IMG/VR virus record: IMGVR_UViG_3300044274_000065
Coordinates: 1 to 38,472 of that record
Reading direction: 5' to 3' (one strand)
Origin: a virus
Taxonomy: Duplodnaviria > Caudoviricetes
DNA length: 38,472 bases
Part shown: positions 17,124 through 25,602 of the stretch, one piece after another
Position numbering within the stretch: position 1 is the stretch's first letter
Layout: every line of letters begins with the position of its first letter
Position numbers and translations under genes: made by a program
The notes under the pieces: generated by a model
Databases searched by the model: none
What the model saw: only the letters and a program-made list of their open reading frames with translations
Told to the model about the DNA's origin: nothing

Positions 17124-17528
17124 TTAGATCGCGACCCACACGCCGGCCGCGTCGACGTCGTCGACTCTTCCAGCGATGGATCGGGTTCCAGTTCCGTCGG
17201 TAGCCGCCACCGTGTGGTCGTCCACGATGTAGGCGTCGGAACCGATGTGCGCCCGGGTGATTTCATCCGCGTCGGCGCTGTTGTCGAAGCAAAACACTCC
17301 CCGGGAGGAGCGAATGCGCTGGTCGCCGGCGGCGCCATCGGTATTGTCGATGTGCTCGTCGGCACGGCCCCGGGCCACCAGGTCGGTCGCCGTGGCGCCA
17401 GGTACAGCATTGCCACTGGCGTCCAGACACATCAGGGCACCGGCGAAGATGCGGGTGTTCGCAGCAACCGGGTCGCTATGCAGATCACCCGCTTTCAGCA
17501 GGGTGTTACGGTCTTTGCTCAGGGCCAC
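17124..17528 (-). CDS. Capsid decoration/cement protein
   Basis: MAL..DRNT, PVAA...IFAG, YIVDD.TV...GVWV; between protease and capsid. Confidence 0.75.
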   Translation of the reverse strand: MALSKDRNTLLKAGDLHSDPVAANTRIFAGALMCLDASGNAVPGATATDLVARGRADEHIDNTDGAAGDQRIRSSRGVFCFDNSADADEITRAHIGSDAYIVDDHTVAATDGTGTRSIAGRVDDVDAAGVWVAI

Positions 17529-17530
17529 GG

Positions 17531-18154
17531 CTAGTCCTCCTTCGCGGCTTTGTATTGATCAGCGGTGATGCCCATGCGGGAGCACACCGCCAACTCGTCC
17601 TGAGTGAGGCCGGTCTTGTCATCGGCCGGCGCCTCACCTCTGGTCTGTGAACCCTTCAGCGCCGCCAGGGGCTTGGCGGCGCCCAGATACGCGGTCAAGG
17701 CCGCAACATCTTTCTTCGCGAGATCCCGTGCCCACGACTCCAGGGGTTTCACCAAGCGCCCATCTTCCAGCGCACTTTCGATCATGGCGTCGACGTCTTT
17801 TTCCTCGGACGCCTTGACCCGGGCGGAAAGCGCGGCGATCTCGTGCTTCAAACCGTCTACCGTGCCGATGGGGACGTACTTCGCGGGATCCGGGCCGGCG
17901 GCTGCCTTCGCTTTCAACGCCGTGCATGCCGTTACAACGGCCTGGTCATCGGCGTTTTCATCCAGCGAAAGCGCTTTGCGAAGATCAGCCAGCGGATCCT
18001 TCTGCAGACGAGCAGACAATGCGGCCACCACCTGCTCTTCGCCCGCGTCGTGTTCCAGGCCGAGGCTGGCGTTCAATGCAGTGATGGCTTTGTCCTCCTC
18101 CACATCGTGAGCCAGGCCCATGGCGGTAAGCAGCATCTTGAGCAGTTCATTCAC
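17531..18154 (-). CDS. Scaffolding protein (Mu gpZ-like), in-frame internal start
   Basis: GGAGG (18163-18167) 8 nt before an in-frame GTG at 18154, just after the protease domain. Confidence 0.65.
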   Translation of the reverse strand: MNELLKMLLTAMGLAHDVEEDKAITALNASLGLEHDAGEEQVVAALSARLQKDPLADLRKALSLDENADDQAVVTACTALKAKAAAGPDPAKYVPIGTVDGLKHEIAALSARVKASEEKDVDAMIESALEDGRLVKPLESWARDLAKKDVAALTAYLGAAKPLAALKGSQTRGEAPADDKTGLTQDELAVCSRMGITADQYKAAKED

Positions 18155-18685
18155 GGGGTCTTCCTCCGTTTCTTGGTTAATCCCGAACGTCGCTGCGGCC
18201 CGAAGCGCTATCGCCTCCATGCCGTCGATCGCCGGGGTGTTGGTCAGCGCACCCATATGGACGTCCTGGACCTCGCCGGTGCGTCGGTGATAAGCGAAGA
18301 CAGGGCTGAAATATCGATACTCACCATTGGTGACGAAGTCGCGGGCTCGGCTGGTCAGCTCGATCGTTGCCCAGAGACCACTGCCATCCCGCCACTCCAG
18401 TGACTTCCACCAGCCAGCGGCGGGGGCCGGCTGACCGTTCTCGTCCTTGTTGAGCGTCTGGTGCTCATAGTCCAGAACCAGCGGGGTCTGCCTGGCGTTG
18501 AATCGCTCGATGACGCGCTGTGCGATGTCAGCGTCGATGTACCAGCCAGGCACGTTCAATTCCCGGCCGTCACTCGGGAAGAATCGGCCGGCGGGCGTCA
18601 CCTGCAAAGACACCAGGTTGTCGGTTGGCGCTGTCGGCAGCGAGAAGCTGCAGGGCGCAATGGCTATGAGGCGCTTTCGTTTCAT
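17531..18685 (-). CDS. Head maturation protease (Mu gpI) with C-terminal scaffold
   Basis: LDYEHQT, PAPAAGW, EYRYFSPVF, ALTNTPAIDGM. Start placed at MKRKR (18685) because the upstream extension overlaps the promoter motif. Confidence 0.92.
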   Translation of the reverse strand: MKRKRLIAIAPCSFSLPTAPTDNLVSLQVTPAGRFFPSDGRELNVPGWYIDADIAQRVIERFNARQTPLVLDYEHQTLNKDENGQPAPAAGWWKSLEWRDGSGLWATIELTSRARDFVTNGEYRYFSPVFAYHRRTGEVQDVHMGALTNTPAIDGMEAIALRAAATFGINQETEEDPVNELLKMLLTAMGLAHDVEEDKAITALNASLGLEHDAGEEQVVAALSARLQKDPLADLRKALSLDENADDQAVVTACTALKAKAAAGPDPAKYVPIGTVDGLKHEIAALSARVKASEEKDVDAMIESALEDGRLVKPLESWARDLAKKDVAALTAYLGAAKPLAALKGSQTRGEAPADDKTGLTQDELAVCSRMGITADQYKAAKED

Positions 18686-18691
18686 AGAGCC

Positions 18692-18737
18692 ATCATCCTG
18701 GGGGGTGACCAGTGGGGTCTTTTGAACGAGGGCAAAA
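18692..18737 (-). promoter_or_regulatory. Late promoter, PI-like: activator site plus -10 GATGAT
   Basis: TTTTG-AACGAGGG-CAAAA at 18720-18737; -10 22 nt downstream, ending 6 nt before the ATG. Confidence 0.8.
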
Positions 18738-18897
18738 CTTGAACAATTTGGCGGGCTGAGCGCCGGGGACGACAATCGCCGGGCCGACCCGGGGGGATTT
18801 AGGGTCGACGAGGATTTATAAACGATTTATGGGCCTGGAAAGCGATCTCGGGCTACCGTCGGAGGGGGTGCGGGGTCGCGGCGGCTTCTAGGGCCGC

Positions 18898-19359
18898 TTA
18901 GCCCCGGGCCGCTTTTTCGAGCCGTATGCGGGCCAAACGGACCATGTGGAGGTCCTGATCTTCGTCGGTACCGAGCCAGGGTCGAGCCGGAATATAGATC
19001 TTCCCGGCACGCGGATGTGTGATCCATCCGCCGAACTGGTGGATGGCGCCATAGACTCGGTTGGTACCGAACTCGACGCCGCCGGCGTCGTACTGGCCGG
19101 CCAGGGTGTCACGCAGGTAGCCCCGGAACGTCAAGATTTTATCTTTGTTGCGGTGCTTGCGTTTCTGCCAGGCCGGACTGAGCGCTTCCCAAGGCTTGCC
19201 CTGGGGAGAGCGCTGAGCACGGAAGCGCTCTTCGTGTACGCGACGCAGGTACTCGATGATCTGCTGGTAGAGGGGGACCGGGTTCTGCAGCTCGCCGATC
19301 ATGCGACCGAGCGTCGCCTGGGCCCGGGAGCTATCTAACTCGATTCTGGCGCCTGCCAT
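18898..19359 (-). CDS. Virion morphogenesis protein (Mu gpG)
   Basis: SPQGKPW.ALS, KILT..G.LR, GTNRVYGAIHQFGG, IPARPWLG. Confidence 0.92.
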   Translation of the reverse strand: MAGARIELDSSRAQATLGRMIGELQNPVPLYQQIIEYLRRVHEERFRAQRSPQGKPWEALSPAWQKRKHRNKDKILTFRGYLRDTLAGQYDAGGVEFGTNRVYGAIHQFGGWITHPRAGKIYIPARPWLGTDEDQDLHMVRLARIRLEKAARG

Positions 19360-19380
19360 TCAAACCTCCTAAACTAAGCG

Positions 19381-19460
19381 TCCGGCTTGCGCATGTGCTG
19401 CCCCCGGCAGTTGGGCCACCAGGTGCGTAAGCTGCCCGCTGGAGCCGGCCAGCGGGATCC
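19381..19460 (-). ncRNA. Candidate structured RNA between MuF and G
   Basis: Hairpin CCCGCTGG/CCAGCGGG; stem GCTTACGCA/TGCGCAAGC enclosing CCTGGTGG/CTGCCGGG; loop CCGGCT complementary to downstream AGCCGG. Confidence 0.5.
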
Positions 19461-19464
19461 TTCC

Positions 19465-20721
19465 TTACTCTTCGTCTTCCCGCCGATACAACCTGATGCC
19501 CATGCGCATGTCGTTGATGTCCCCCGATTCCAGCTGGAACGCCGTGATGCCCGCCCAGCCGGACTCGCTCCACTCGAACACCGCCAGTGCCGGCACGGTC
19601 ATCCCGGGGAGCAGGTAACGCGCCAGGTAACGCCGGCGCACCACCGCCACCTTGCGCGCCGCCTGCCACTCAATGCGCACCCACACCTCGTCGGGGCTCT
19701 GAATCGCGTCGGCCAGCACCTTCATGAAGCGGCCCCGGCCGTTCTTGTCCGCCTTGAGAGCGCCAGTGCGGCGCTGCTCGAAGAGTCCGCGGCCGATCGC
19801 CAGCGTCTCACCCAGGACGTCTTTGAAGAGCCGTGGCCGGTCGAGCGTTGCGCCGAACTCTTCCAGGAATGCTTCGGCATACCGTTCCTCGCTGAGGCCC
19901 TCCTGCAGCAACCGGCTGGCCGGCGCGGTGCGTGCCGGCGGCATCGCATCCGGGACGCGCCGGTTCGGCAGCCCCGGACCACCCATGGAGCCGGCGATCG
20001 GCGGATCCGGCCGCTCCGGCGGCACGGCGCTTTCCAGCCGGCTCCGGCCGGGGATGTGGTCGAAGCCCGGGTCCAGGCCCTCGGGGACGCGCACCGTGCG
20101 TGGGCCGTCCGGGCTGCGCTGGCCGATCTCCCGGTTTATCCAGTTGATCGGCGGCGCCTGGTCGGGGCCACTCTTGCCCATGTCTTCCAGATCCAGATCC
20201 GTAACGCCCGTCACGGAGCACTGGCATCCATAGGCGTTGATCGGAAAGTGGGTGCGCCACCACGGGTCGTCTGCAGGCAGCACCAGGCCGTTCCACGAGA
20301 GATGTAGCTCCCGTGGGTTCGTCACCGCGTCTGAGTGGTTGTACTGCCAGTAGGGGATCGCATCTCGGGCATCCCATAGCTGCTGGTACCGGCCGGCGTT
20401 GTAGCTGGAATAGAGGTTGGTGTCGTAGATGATCCGCGAGCGCCACTGCCGCCCGCCGTTGTAGTCCCACCCGTGGCGCTCAACGATGCGATCAAAGTCC
20501 TTACGGAACTGCTCGAGCGTACCGCCGCCGGCAATGGCGTCCTCCACCGCTTCACGGAAGTCGGCGACAATCGCGTTCCGGTTCGCGCCGGCGACCATGA
20601 ACGCGAAGTCATGCTCGGCGCCGTAGATGTCGGTCCAGGCCTGGGTAGGGACGTTCAGCTTCTGCCGAAAGAAGTTGATCTGCTCCCGGAAGGGTACGGA
20701 TCCGTAGCTAGCGGAGGGCAT
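19465..20721 (-). CDS. MuF head morphogenesis protein with C-terminal putative PBECR-type RNase domain
   Basis: Start MPSASYG. MuF motifs AFMVAGA, IYDTN..SSYNAGR, R..H..W.G.VLP.DDPWW..HFP.N.YGC.C.V, DPGF. Extension has LADAIQSPDEVW, RRRYL, GWAGITAF, R.G..LYRR. Confidence 0.85.
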   Translation of the reverse strand: MPSASYGSVPFREQINFFRQKLNVPTQAWTDIYGAEHDFAFMVAGANRNAIVADFREAVEDAIAGGGTLEQFRKDFDRIVERHGWDYNGGRQWRSRIIYDTNLYSSYNAGRYQQLWDARDAIPYWQYNHSDAVTNPRELHLSWNGLVLPADDPWWRTHFPINAYGCQCSVTGVTDLDLEDMGKSGPDQAPPINWINREIGQRSPDGPRTVRVPEGLDPGFDHIPGRSRLESAVPPERPDPPIAGSMGGPGLPNRRVPDAMPPARTAPASRLLQEGLSEERYAEAFLEEFGATLDRPRLFKDVLGETLAIGRGLFEQRRTGALKADKNGRGRFMKVLADAIQSPDEVWVRIEWQAARKVAVVRRRYLARYLLPGMTVPALAVFEWSESGWAGITAFQLESGDINDMRMGIRLYRREDEE

Positions 20722-22300
20722 CCGGCGACTCCTCTGTGACCTCATTGCGGCCGGCGAGGTGGCTGGCCGCCATCGCTTCGGCGAGCGCATCCGCGTATTG
20801 GTCGAGGGTCATTTGCGGGTACAGCTCCACGAGCCTGGACCGGAACTCCTCCAGGGACTCGACGTCGTCGAGCAGAGCCCGTGCCTGGTCGATCCAACGA
20901 TCGGTGATCGGCTGCAGGGCTTCGCGGGTCCGTTCCAGCATCTGCCCTGGCGGCGCCGGAGTCTCTTCCAACGTTGGTCGTTGTGCCGCCGCCGATGCCA
21001 CCGCAGGGCGCTCGCCAGCAGCAGGCCGGCTGGGCATGGCCAGGATATCCTCGCCGTCCTCCGGCTCCGGTATAGCGACTCGCTCCTGGGCCCACTGTCG
21101 CGGGATCTGAAAGCCGAGACGAACCAACGACGGTAAAGCCTTGGCGTAATCCGCCAGATCTTCGGCCTGCTGGGTGTTGAAAACGAACCGTGGGCAACGT
21201 GCCCAGCTTTCGGTCAGCCCATTCAGAACCGCCATGGGATACACGAGATCCCGACTGATGGTTTTGGCTACCTGGCCGGCATCCGAATCGCGCAGGTCCA
21301 GCCGGACCTCGTTGTGGACATTGCCGAGGGCGTTGGTGCTGGTTTTGCCATCGGCCTGGCTGGTCAGCGTGCCGCCCAGGATCGCCTTGGATTGCGTCTT
21401 CTCGCACCAATCAATCATCAGCTCAAAGGCGGCCGGGTCGCCTTCTGCGGACTTCAGGAATTCCAGCTCCATGCCGTTGGGGACGATGCCTGCCGCGTTG
21501 TGACCCAGCTGAGCCAGCGCCCGTAACAGGGCGAGCTTCTCGTCCTTGGTCGCACCGGATGGATATTTGCCGACTCTCATGGGGATCCCGTAGATCTCCA
21601 GGAATTCAGCCAGGTCACCGACGGAGTAGTTCTTGAAAAGGTAGGGCCACACCAGTACGCGGAACAACGCCGCACGCTCCAGGTAGCCGGATTTTGCCTT
21701 ATGGGTGTGGGTGATCCAGCCAAACGGCTGCAATTCAATCCCGCCAGCGGCACCACGCAGTCGGATCTCCTGCCGCTGGCCTCTAACCAGCTGAAACCAG
21801 GATTGCGGGCGATGGATGATACCCCGGGGTACCCAGTCGCCGTCGACTCGATGCCACCCGTCGAATTCCAGATTGGCGAAGGCCTTCCCGATCGCATCAG
21901 TGATATCGAAGATGGTGTCTTCCAGATCCTCCAGCCCCATCATGAGTTCCTGCAGGGCCTTGGCGTTGTCGCGCTCCCGCTGGGACGGGTTTTTAGGCGG
22001 CACGATATCCCACTCCAGACCGAGGACGGCCCGGCGCCGTTTACCCATCTCCGACATGATGTGGCCGTCTTTCTCTTCCATGTCCTCGAAAAGCTCGTAC
22101 TGACCGACGATGTCGCCGGTCTCGGCCTGGTCGAGAATTGCGGCCAGCTTTGAGGGGGTCATGCCCCTGGATGGATGGCCGGCGAACTCATGGTGTAAAC
22201 CAACCATGTGGGCGGTCTGGGGCTCTTTGGGCGCGCCCTTTCGGACATCACTGCGGCTGAGCATTCGCGTTGCCGCCGCGCGAATCGACTTCATTACCAT
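20708..22300 (-). CDS. Portal protein (Mu gp29/DUF935)
   Basis: LFEDMEEKDGH, FLEIYGIPMRVGKY, SKAILGGTLTS, ALGNVHNEVR. Confidence 0.95.
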   Translation of the reverse strand: MVMKSIRAAATRMLSRSDVRKGAPKEPQTAHMVGLHHEFAGHPSRGMTPSKLAAILDQAETGDIVGQYELFEDMEEKDGHIMSEMGKRRRAVLGLEWDIVPPKNPSQRERDNAKALQELMMGLEDLEDTIFDITDAIGKAFANLEFDGWHRVDGDWVPRGIIHRPQSWFQLVRGQRQEIRLRGAAGGIELQPFGWITHTHKAKSGYLERAALFRVLVWPYLFKNYSVGDLAEFLEIYGIPMRVGKYPSGATKDEKLALLRALAQLGHNAAGIVPNGMELEFLKSAEGDPAAFELMIDWCEKTQSKAILGGTLTSQADGKTSTNALGNVHNEVRLDLRDSDAGQVAKTISRDLVYPMAVLNGLTESWARCPRFVFNTQQAEDLADYAKALPSLVRLGFQIPRQWAQERVAIPEPEDGEDILAMPSRPAAGERPAVASAAAQRPTLEETPAPPGQMLERTREALQPITDRWIDQARALLDDVESLEEFRSRLVELYPQMTLDQYADALAEAMAASHLAGRNEVTEESPDALR

Positions 22301-23931
22301 GCTTGGGGCTCCGGCAACTGCAGGTCGTCATCGCCGTCTATGACGTTGTCGAACCCGCGACTGTGTTTGGGGAGGGGAGTGAACTCGATACCACCGGCAT
22401 CCATCCAACTGGCGCGGACTGCCATTACCAGCGCTACAGCGAAGTCACCGTGCCGCTTCTTGGAGCCGGTGAGCGCGTCGAGATCCTTCTGGCGGCCCTT
22501 ATCGATCTGAGGAACGCCTTTGATCACTTTTATCTGGAGCAGGTCATCCATGACGCTCTGATGGCGCGGCAGCTCCAAATTGAAGGATTCGAACTCCCCC
22601 TTCATCTTGGGCATCCATTCGTGATACCACGCCTGGCTCAGGTTCACTTGGTCGACCATCGTGCTGCCGTAGCGCAGGCCCGCCTGCTCGGCCAAATACC
22701 CGCCGTTGCCGGTCGCGTCGAAAGCGGAACCGGAGAAACGGGGCAGCCGATCCAGGATGAAGTACATGATCTGGCGCTGCTGCTCATACGTGACACCACG
22801 CAGCTCCACGGCGAACGGCACCCGCTTACGCAGGTTCGGCAGAATCGCCAGCGGGGCAAAGACGGTGAGATCTCCACGGCGGGCAAAGTCTTCGCCGAAG
22901 ACGTGGCGATGCCCGGGGTCGAGCTTAGCCAGCTCCGGAGCCAGGTTCTCAACACACCAGGCTTCTATTTCGGCCTCGCGCTGCGCGGGTGTCCAGCTCT
23001 CGAAGGACTCCGGGGCTTCATAGCGGTAAATGGGAATCGACCGGTCGGCCACCATCGCGGCCTCGATCAGAACGCGGCTGAGGTAATTCCCGCCGGATCG
23101 TTTGGGCACGCATCCGTACTCTTCGTCCGCACTGTCGGCGTTGGGCGCATTCTTGTAGAGGTCAGCCCTCCACTTCTTCTCGCTTTCGGGGGACCATTCC
23201 TGACCCGTCACGTAACAGATCCGCTTGTAGAGCCCCTCGGCGATGGCCAGGTCGAGCGTAATGCGGTGCACGCTGTAGTCCTTACGTCCTTCACGCGCAT
23301 CTTGGATGTACTGGTTAAAGGCGTTGTCCACGCCATTATGGGTGCTGATCAGCCGGACCTTATTGCCCCACATCGTCAGTGCCAGAGCGGCCTTCAACAG
23401 CTCCTCCAAGGATTCATGGAAAGCGGCTTCATCGATCACCACGTCACCCTGCAGGCCCCGCAGGTTGCTCGGGCGGGAGCTGAGTGCCTGGATCTTCCGG
23501 CCGCTCTTCGGGAAGCGGATCATGTAGGTCAGGATCTCTTCCTTCTTCCCGTCGTCCCAGAAGCCCTGTTCGTAGACATCGGCGGTTGCCAACTCATTGA
23601 AGGCCCGAGCAAAAAGCGCGCAGGCGGCGATGTATTCCAACGCCATCTCCTGCTTGCTGCCCACGTAGAACGTGTTGCAGCCACCACGACTGCGTGGCTT
23701 AGCGCCGTTCATCACGTTCCGACCGGCTTCCGCCCATGTCAGGCCGGTCCGTCGGGATTTTTCCGCGATCATGATCTGGCTTTCGTCCTCGAACCAGCGC
23801 TGCTGGTACGGCAGAAAGATCGCCTCGCCACCCGGAATGGACTCGGCGATGTTGTCAGGCACATCGACGCCGTAAAGCTCCAGCTCTTCGGATAGGTCGA
23901 TCTTTCTCGGCGCGCCAGTGGGCTGCATCAC
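22294..23931 (-). CDS. terL: Terminase large subunit (Mu gp28-like)
   Basis: LPYQQRW, EKSRRTGLTW, VVIDEAAFH, ISTHNG, GEDFARRGD, DATGNG, HGDFA. Start is GTG 23931 or ATG 23928. Confidence 0.95.
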   Translation of the reverse strand: MMQPTGAPRKIDLSEELELYGVDVPDNIAESIPGGEAIFLPYQQRWFEDESQIMIAEKSRRTGLTWAEAGRNVMNGAKPRSRGGCNTFYVGSKQEMALEYIAACALFARAFNELATADVYEQGFWDDGKKEEILTYMIRFPKSGRKIQALSSRPSNLRGLQGDVVIDEAAFHESLEELLKAALALTMWGNKVRLISTHNGVDNAFNQYIQDAREGRKDYSVHRITLDLAIAEGLYKRICYVTGQEWSPESEKKWRADLYKNAPNADSADEEYGCVPKRSGGNYLSRVLIEAAMVADRSIPIYRYEAPESFESWTPAQREAEIEAWCVENLAPELAKLDPGHRHVFGEDFARRGDLTVFAPLAILPNLRKRVPFAVELRGVTYEQQRQIMYFILDRLPRFSGSAFDATGNGGYLAEQAGLRYGSTMVDQVNLSQAWYHEWMPKMKGEFESFNLELPRHQSVMDDLLQIKVIKGVPQIDKGRQKDLDALTGSKKRHGDFAVALVMAVRASWMDAGGIEFTPLPKHSRGFDNVIDGDDDLQLPEPQAW

Positions 23932-24443
23932 TTTTTCCCCAGCAGGATATGCTTGATTCGACCCTCCAGGTCCTCGCTCATGCCGTCACTGCCGCGCATC
24001 TCTTCAAGGCGTTCCTGCTGCTCGTTAAGAACCTGCTGGCGCACCTCGGCGGCCAGGCGCTTCTGGCTGACGCTGGCGCGGCCGAGGTCGGCGATGGCCT
24101 TGGCGATTTTGCCGATATCGCCCGGGGCCATCTCGATCTCCATAACCACGCCGAACAGCTTCTCTTGCACCAGGCGCATCAGCGCTTCGTTGATGGCGCC
24201 CTCGTCGTCCGGCGCCTCGGCGACAACGGCGCGGGCCTGCTCCGTGACCAGCTTCACGCTATCCAGGCGGTCTTTGAACGTGGAGCCGTAGCGGTGCAAG
24301 CTGCTGCTCGCTATGTCGATGCCGCGCTCCTTGCAGAGCGCCTCCAGCTCCGTGTAGCCGGAGAAGCCGCGCTGAACCAGCTGCTGGTCCAGCCACTGCT
24401 TGTCTTCGGCGCTCAGCCGTTGAACTTTCGATACCTGCGGCAT
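23928..24443 (-). CDS. terS: Terminase small subunit (DUF3486/Mu gp27-like)
   Basis: Start MPQVSKVQRL (GAGG SD); GFSGY..L...I.SSSLHRYG; directly upstream of terL. Confidence 0.85.
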   Translation of the reverse strand: MPQVSKVQRLSAEDKQWLDQQLVQRGFSGYTELEALCKERGIDIASSSLHRYGSTFKDRLDSVKLVTEQARAVVAEAPDDEGAINEALMRLVQEKLFGVVMEIEMAPGDIGKIAKAIADLGRASVSQKRLAAEVRQQVLNEQQERLEEMRGSDGMSEDLEGRIKHILLGKK

Positions 24444-24450
24444 AGGCGCC

Positions 24451-24753
24451 TCACCAATACTTTTCAGGGCGAGCGATGCCGGGGAAGCAGTCAACCGTGT
24501 ATTCCGCCACATCAACGCCGTAATGGTTCAGCTTGGCTCGCCAGAAACCGCTGGGGTCACGTTCTATCTCAACGAGTTTCCGGTCCTCCAGGTACTCCAG
24601 CTCGCGCCTAACCTCCGTCAGCGTCGCATCGGGATAAATGCCCTGGACGGTCTGCACGACGAGCTGCTCATGGGCGCCGATCGGGCGCGCGTTGTTTAGT
24701 GTCAGGATGAGACTCCAGCGCATGCTCTCCCGACGCACTTTCCTATGATCCAC
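24451..24753 (-). CDS. Mu gp26-like winged-helix protein
   Basis: RRELEYLEDRKLV...L...GVDVAE...PGIARP; position upstream of terS. Confidence 0.75.
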   Translation of the reverse strand: MDHRKVRRESMRWSLILTLNNARPIGAHEQLVVQTVQGIYPDATLTEVRRELEYLEDRKLVEIERDPSGFWRAKLNHYGVDVAEYTVDCFPGIARPEKYW

Positions 24754-25093
24754 GTTTCGCCTCCCTCAACTGCACGTTTTCTAGCTTCATCGCCAGACCG
24801 TCCAACTTGCTCTCTATCAAGCTCTGTCCCCGGATATAGTCCTCGCGCCTGACGTACTTCTCTGGCAAGTCCGCTTTAAGTTCGAGCAGGTCCCGCTCGA
24901 CCTGCGCGATCTGCGCGGCGTTGCGATCCTTCGCGTCGTTCAGTCGGGTCAACTCCTTGCCCAAGATCTCGAACTTCGTATCCAGGTGGTCCTGGAAGGC
25001 TTTTTCCAGGCGCCGGCTCAGGGTGTTGAAGATCACGATGACGCTGATCACGATCGCCAGAAACTTGCCGACTTCAATGGACAACTCACTCAT
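24743..25093 (-). CDS. Membrane-anchored coiled-coil protein (Mu gp25-like)
   Basis: N-terminal TM segment, LP..YVRREDYIR motif. Confidence 0.7.
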   Translation of the reverse strand: MSELSIEVGKFLAIVISVIVIFNTLSRRLEKAFQDHLDTKFEILGKELTRLNDAKDRNAAQIAQVERDLLELKADLPEKYVRREDYIRGQSLIESKLDGLAMKLENVQLREAKRGS

Positions 25094-25349
25094 CGCGCCC
25101 CCTCATCAACCAGCGCTGCAATTCAAAAAGCCGACCGGCGCATATGCCGTACCGGTCATACATTCGCTTGAGCCCAACGACCATGGCGTCGGGGTTATTC
25201 GCGGGGACCGGCGGCGGTGCCGGACACGGGCTCATCAAGCCCGCCGGCAGCGGCGGCGGCGGCGCGGTCACGGGCGGCTTCGAGCTGGCGCATGACGCCA
25301 GCAGCAAACCGAACGTCAGCACGCAGGCCAGCCGTCTCAGCAAGCACAT
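25086..25349 (-). CDS. o-spanin (Rz1-like lipoprotein, 87 aa)
   Basis: MCLLRRLACVLTFGLLLASC lipobox, Pro-rich body, overlaps the 3' part of the i-spanin in another frame. Confidence 0.85.
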   Translation of the reverse strand: MCLLRRLACVLTFGLLLASCASSKPPVTAPPPPLPAGLMSPCPAPPPVPANNPDAMVVGLKRMYDRYGICAGRLFELQRWLMRGRDE

Positions 25350-25602
25350 TGCGCAACTCCTCGGTGGTGTTGTCGTCGTAGCGCGCTCTTCGCGCTGAAG
25401 CAGCCTGCAAATCGAGGCTGGCCTGGTTGGCTTCTTCCACCAGGTCTTTGTGGCTCTGGATGATCGTGTTGAGATCTGCCACAGCTTGGCTATCGACCTC
25501 GGCACGCACTTCCAGTGCGCCGCTCTCGTGGCCCTTGTGATAACCCAGCCACCCGGCCAGGCCAGCGCACACAACGATGGCGAGCAGCCAGCGGGCGATC
25601 AT
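25195..25602 (-). CDS. i-spanin (Rz-like)
   Basis: N-terminal TM segment plus periplasmic helical domain, follows the endolysin. Confidence 0.82.
   Translation of the reverse strand: MIARWLLAIVVCAGLAGWLGYHKGHESGALEVRAEVDSQAVADLNTIIQSHKDLVEEANQASLDLQAASARRARYDDNTTEELRNVLAETAGLRADVRFAAGVMRQLEAARDRAAAAAAGGLDEPVSGTAAGPRE

Noticed and set aside
18686-18775. N-terminal extensions in the ORF track (protease from 18775; likewise terS 24515, MuF 20790, lipoprotein 27202, ner 28021, transposase 30611)
   Set aside because: They overlap promoters or neighbouring genes; downstream starts fit SDs, coupling or family N-termini better.
18827-19112. Small ORFs near the G-I gap as possible anti-CRISPR/aca genes
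   Set aside because: They overlap gene G out of frame, lack SDs and have no HTH; the free gap is too short.
22270-23895. 541-aa + strand ORF
   Set aside because: Antisense shadow of terL; no motifs or SD, expected from high-GC codon bias.
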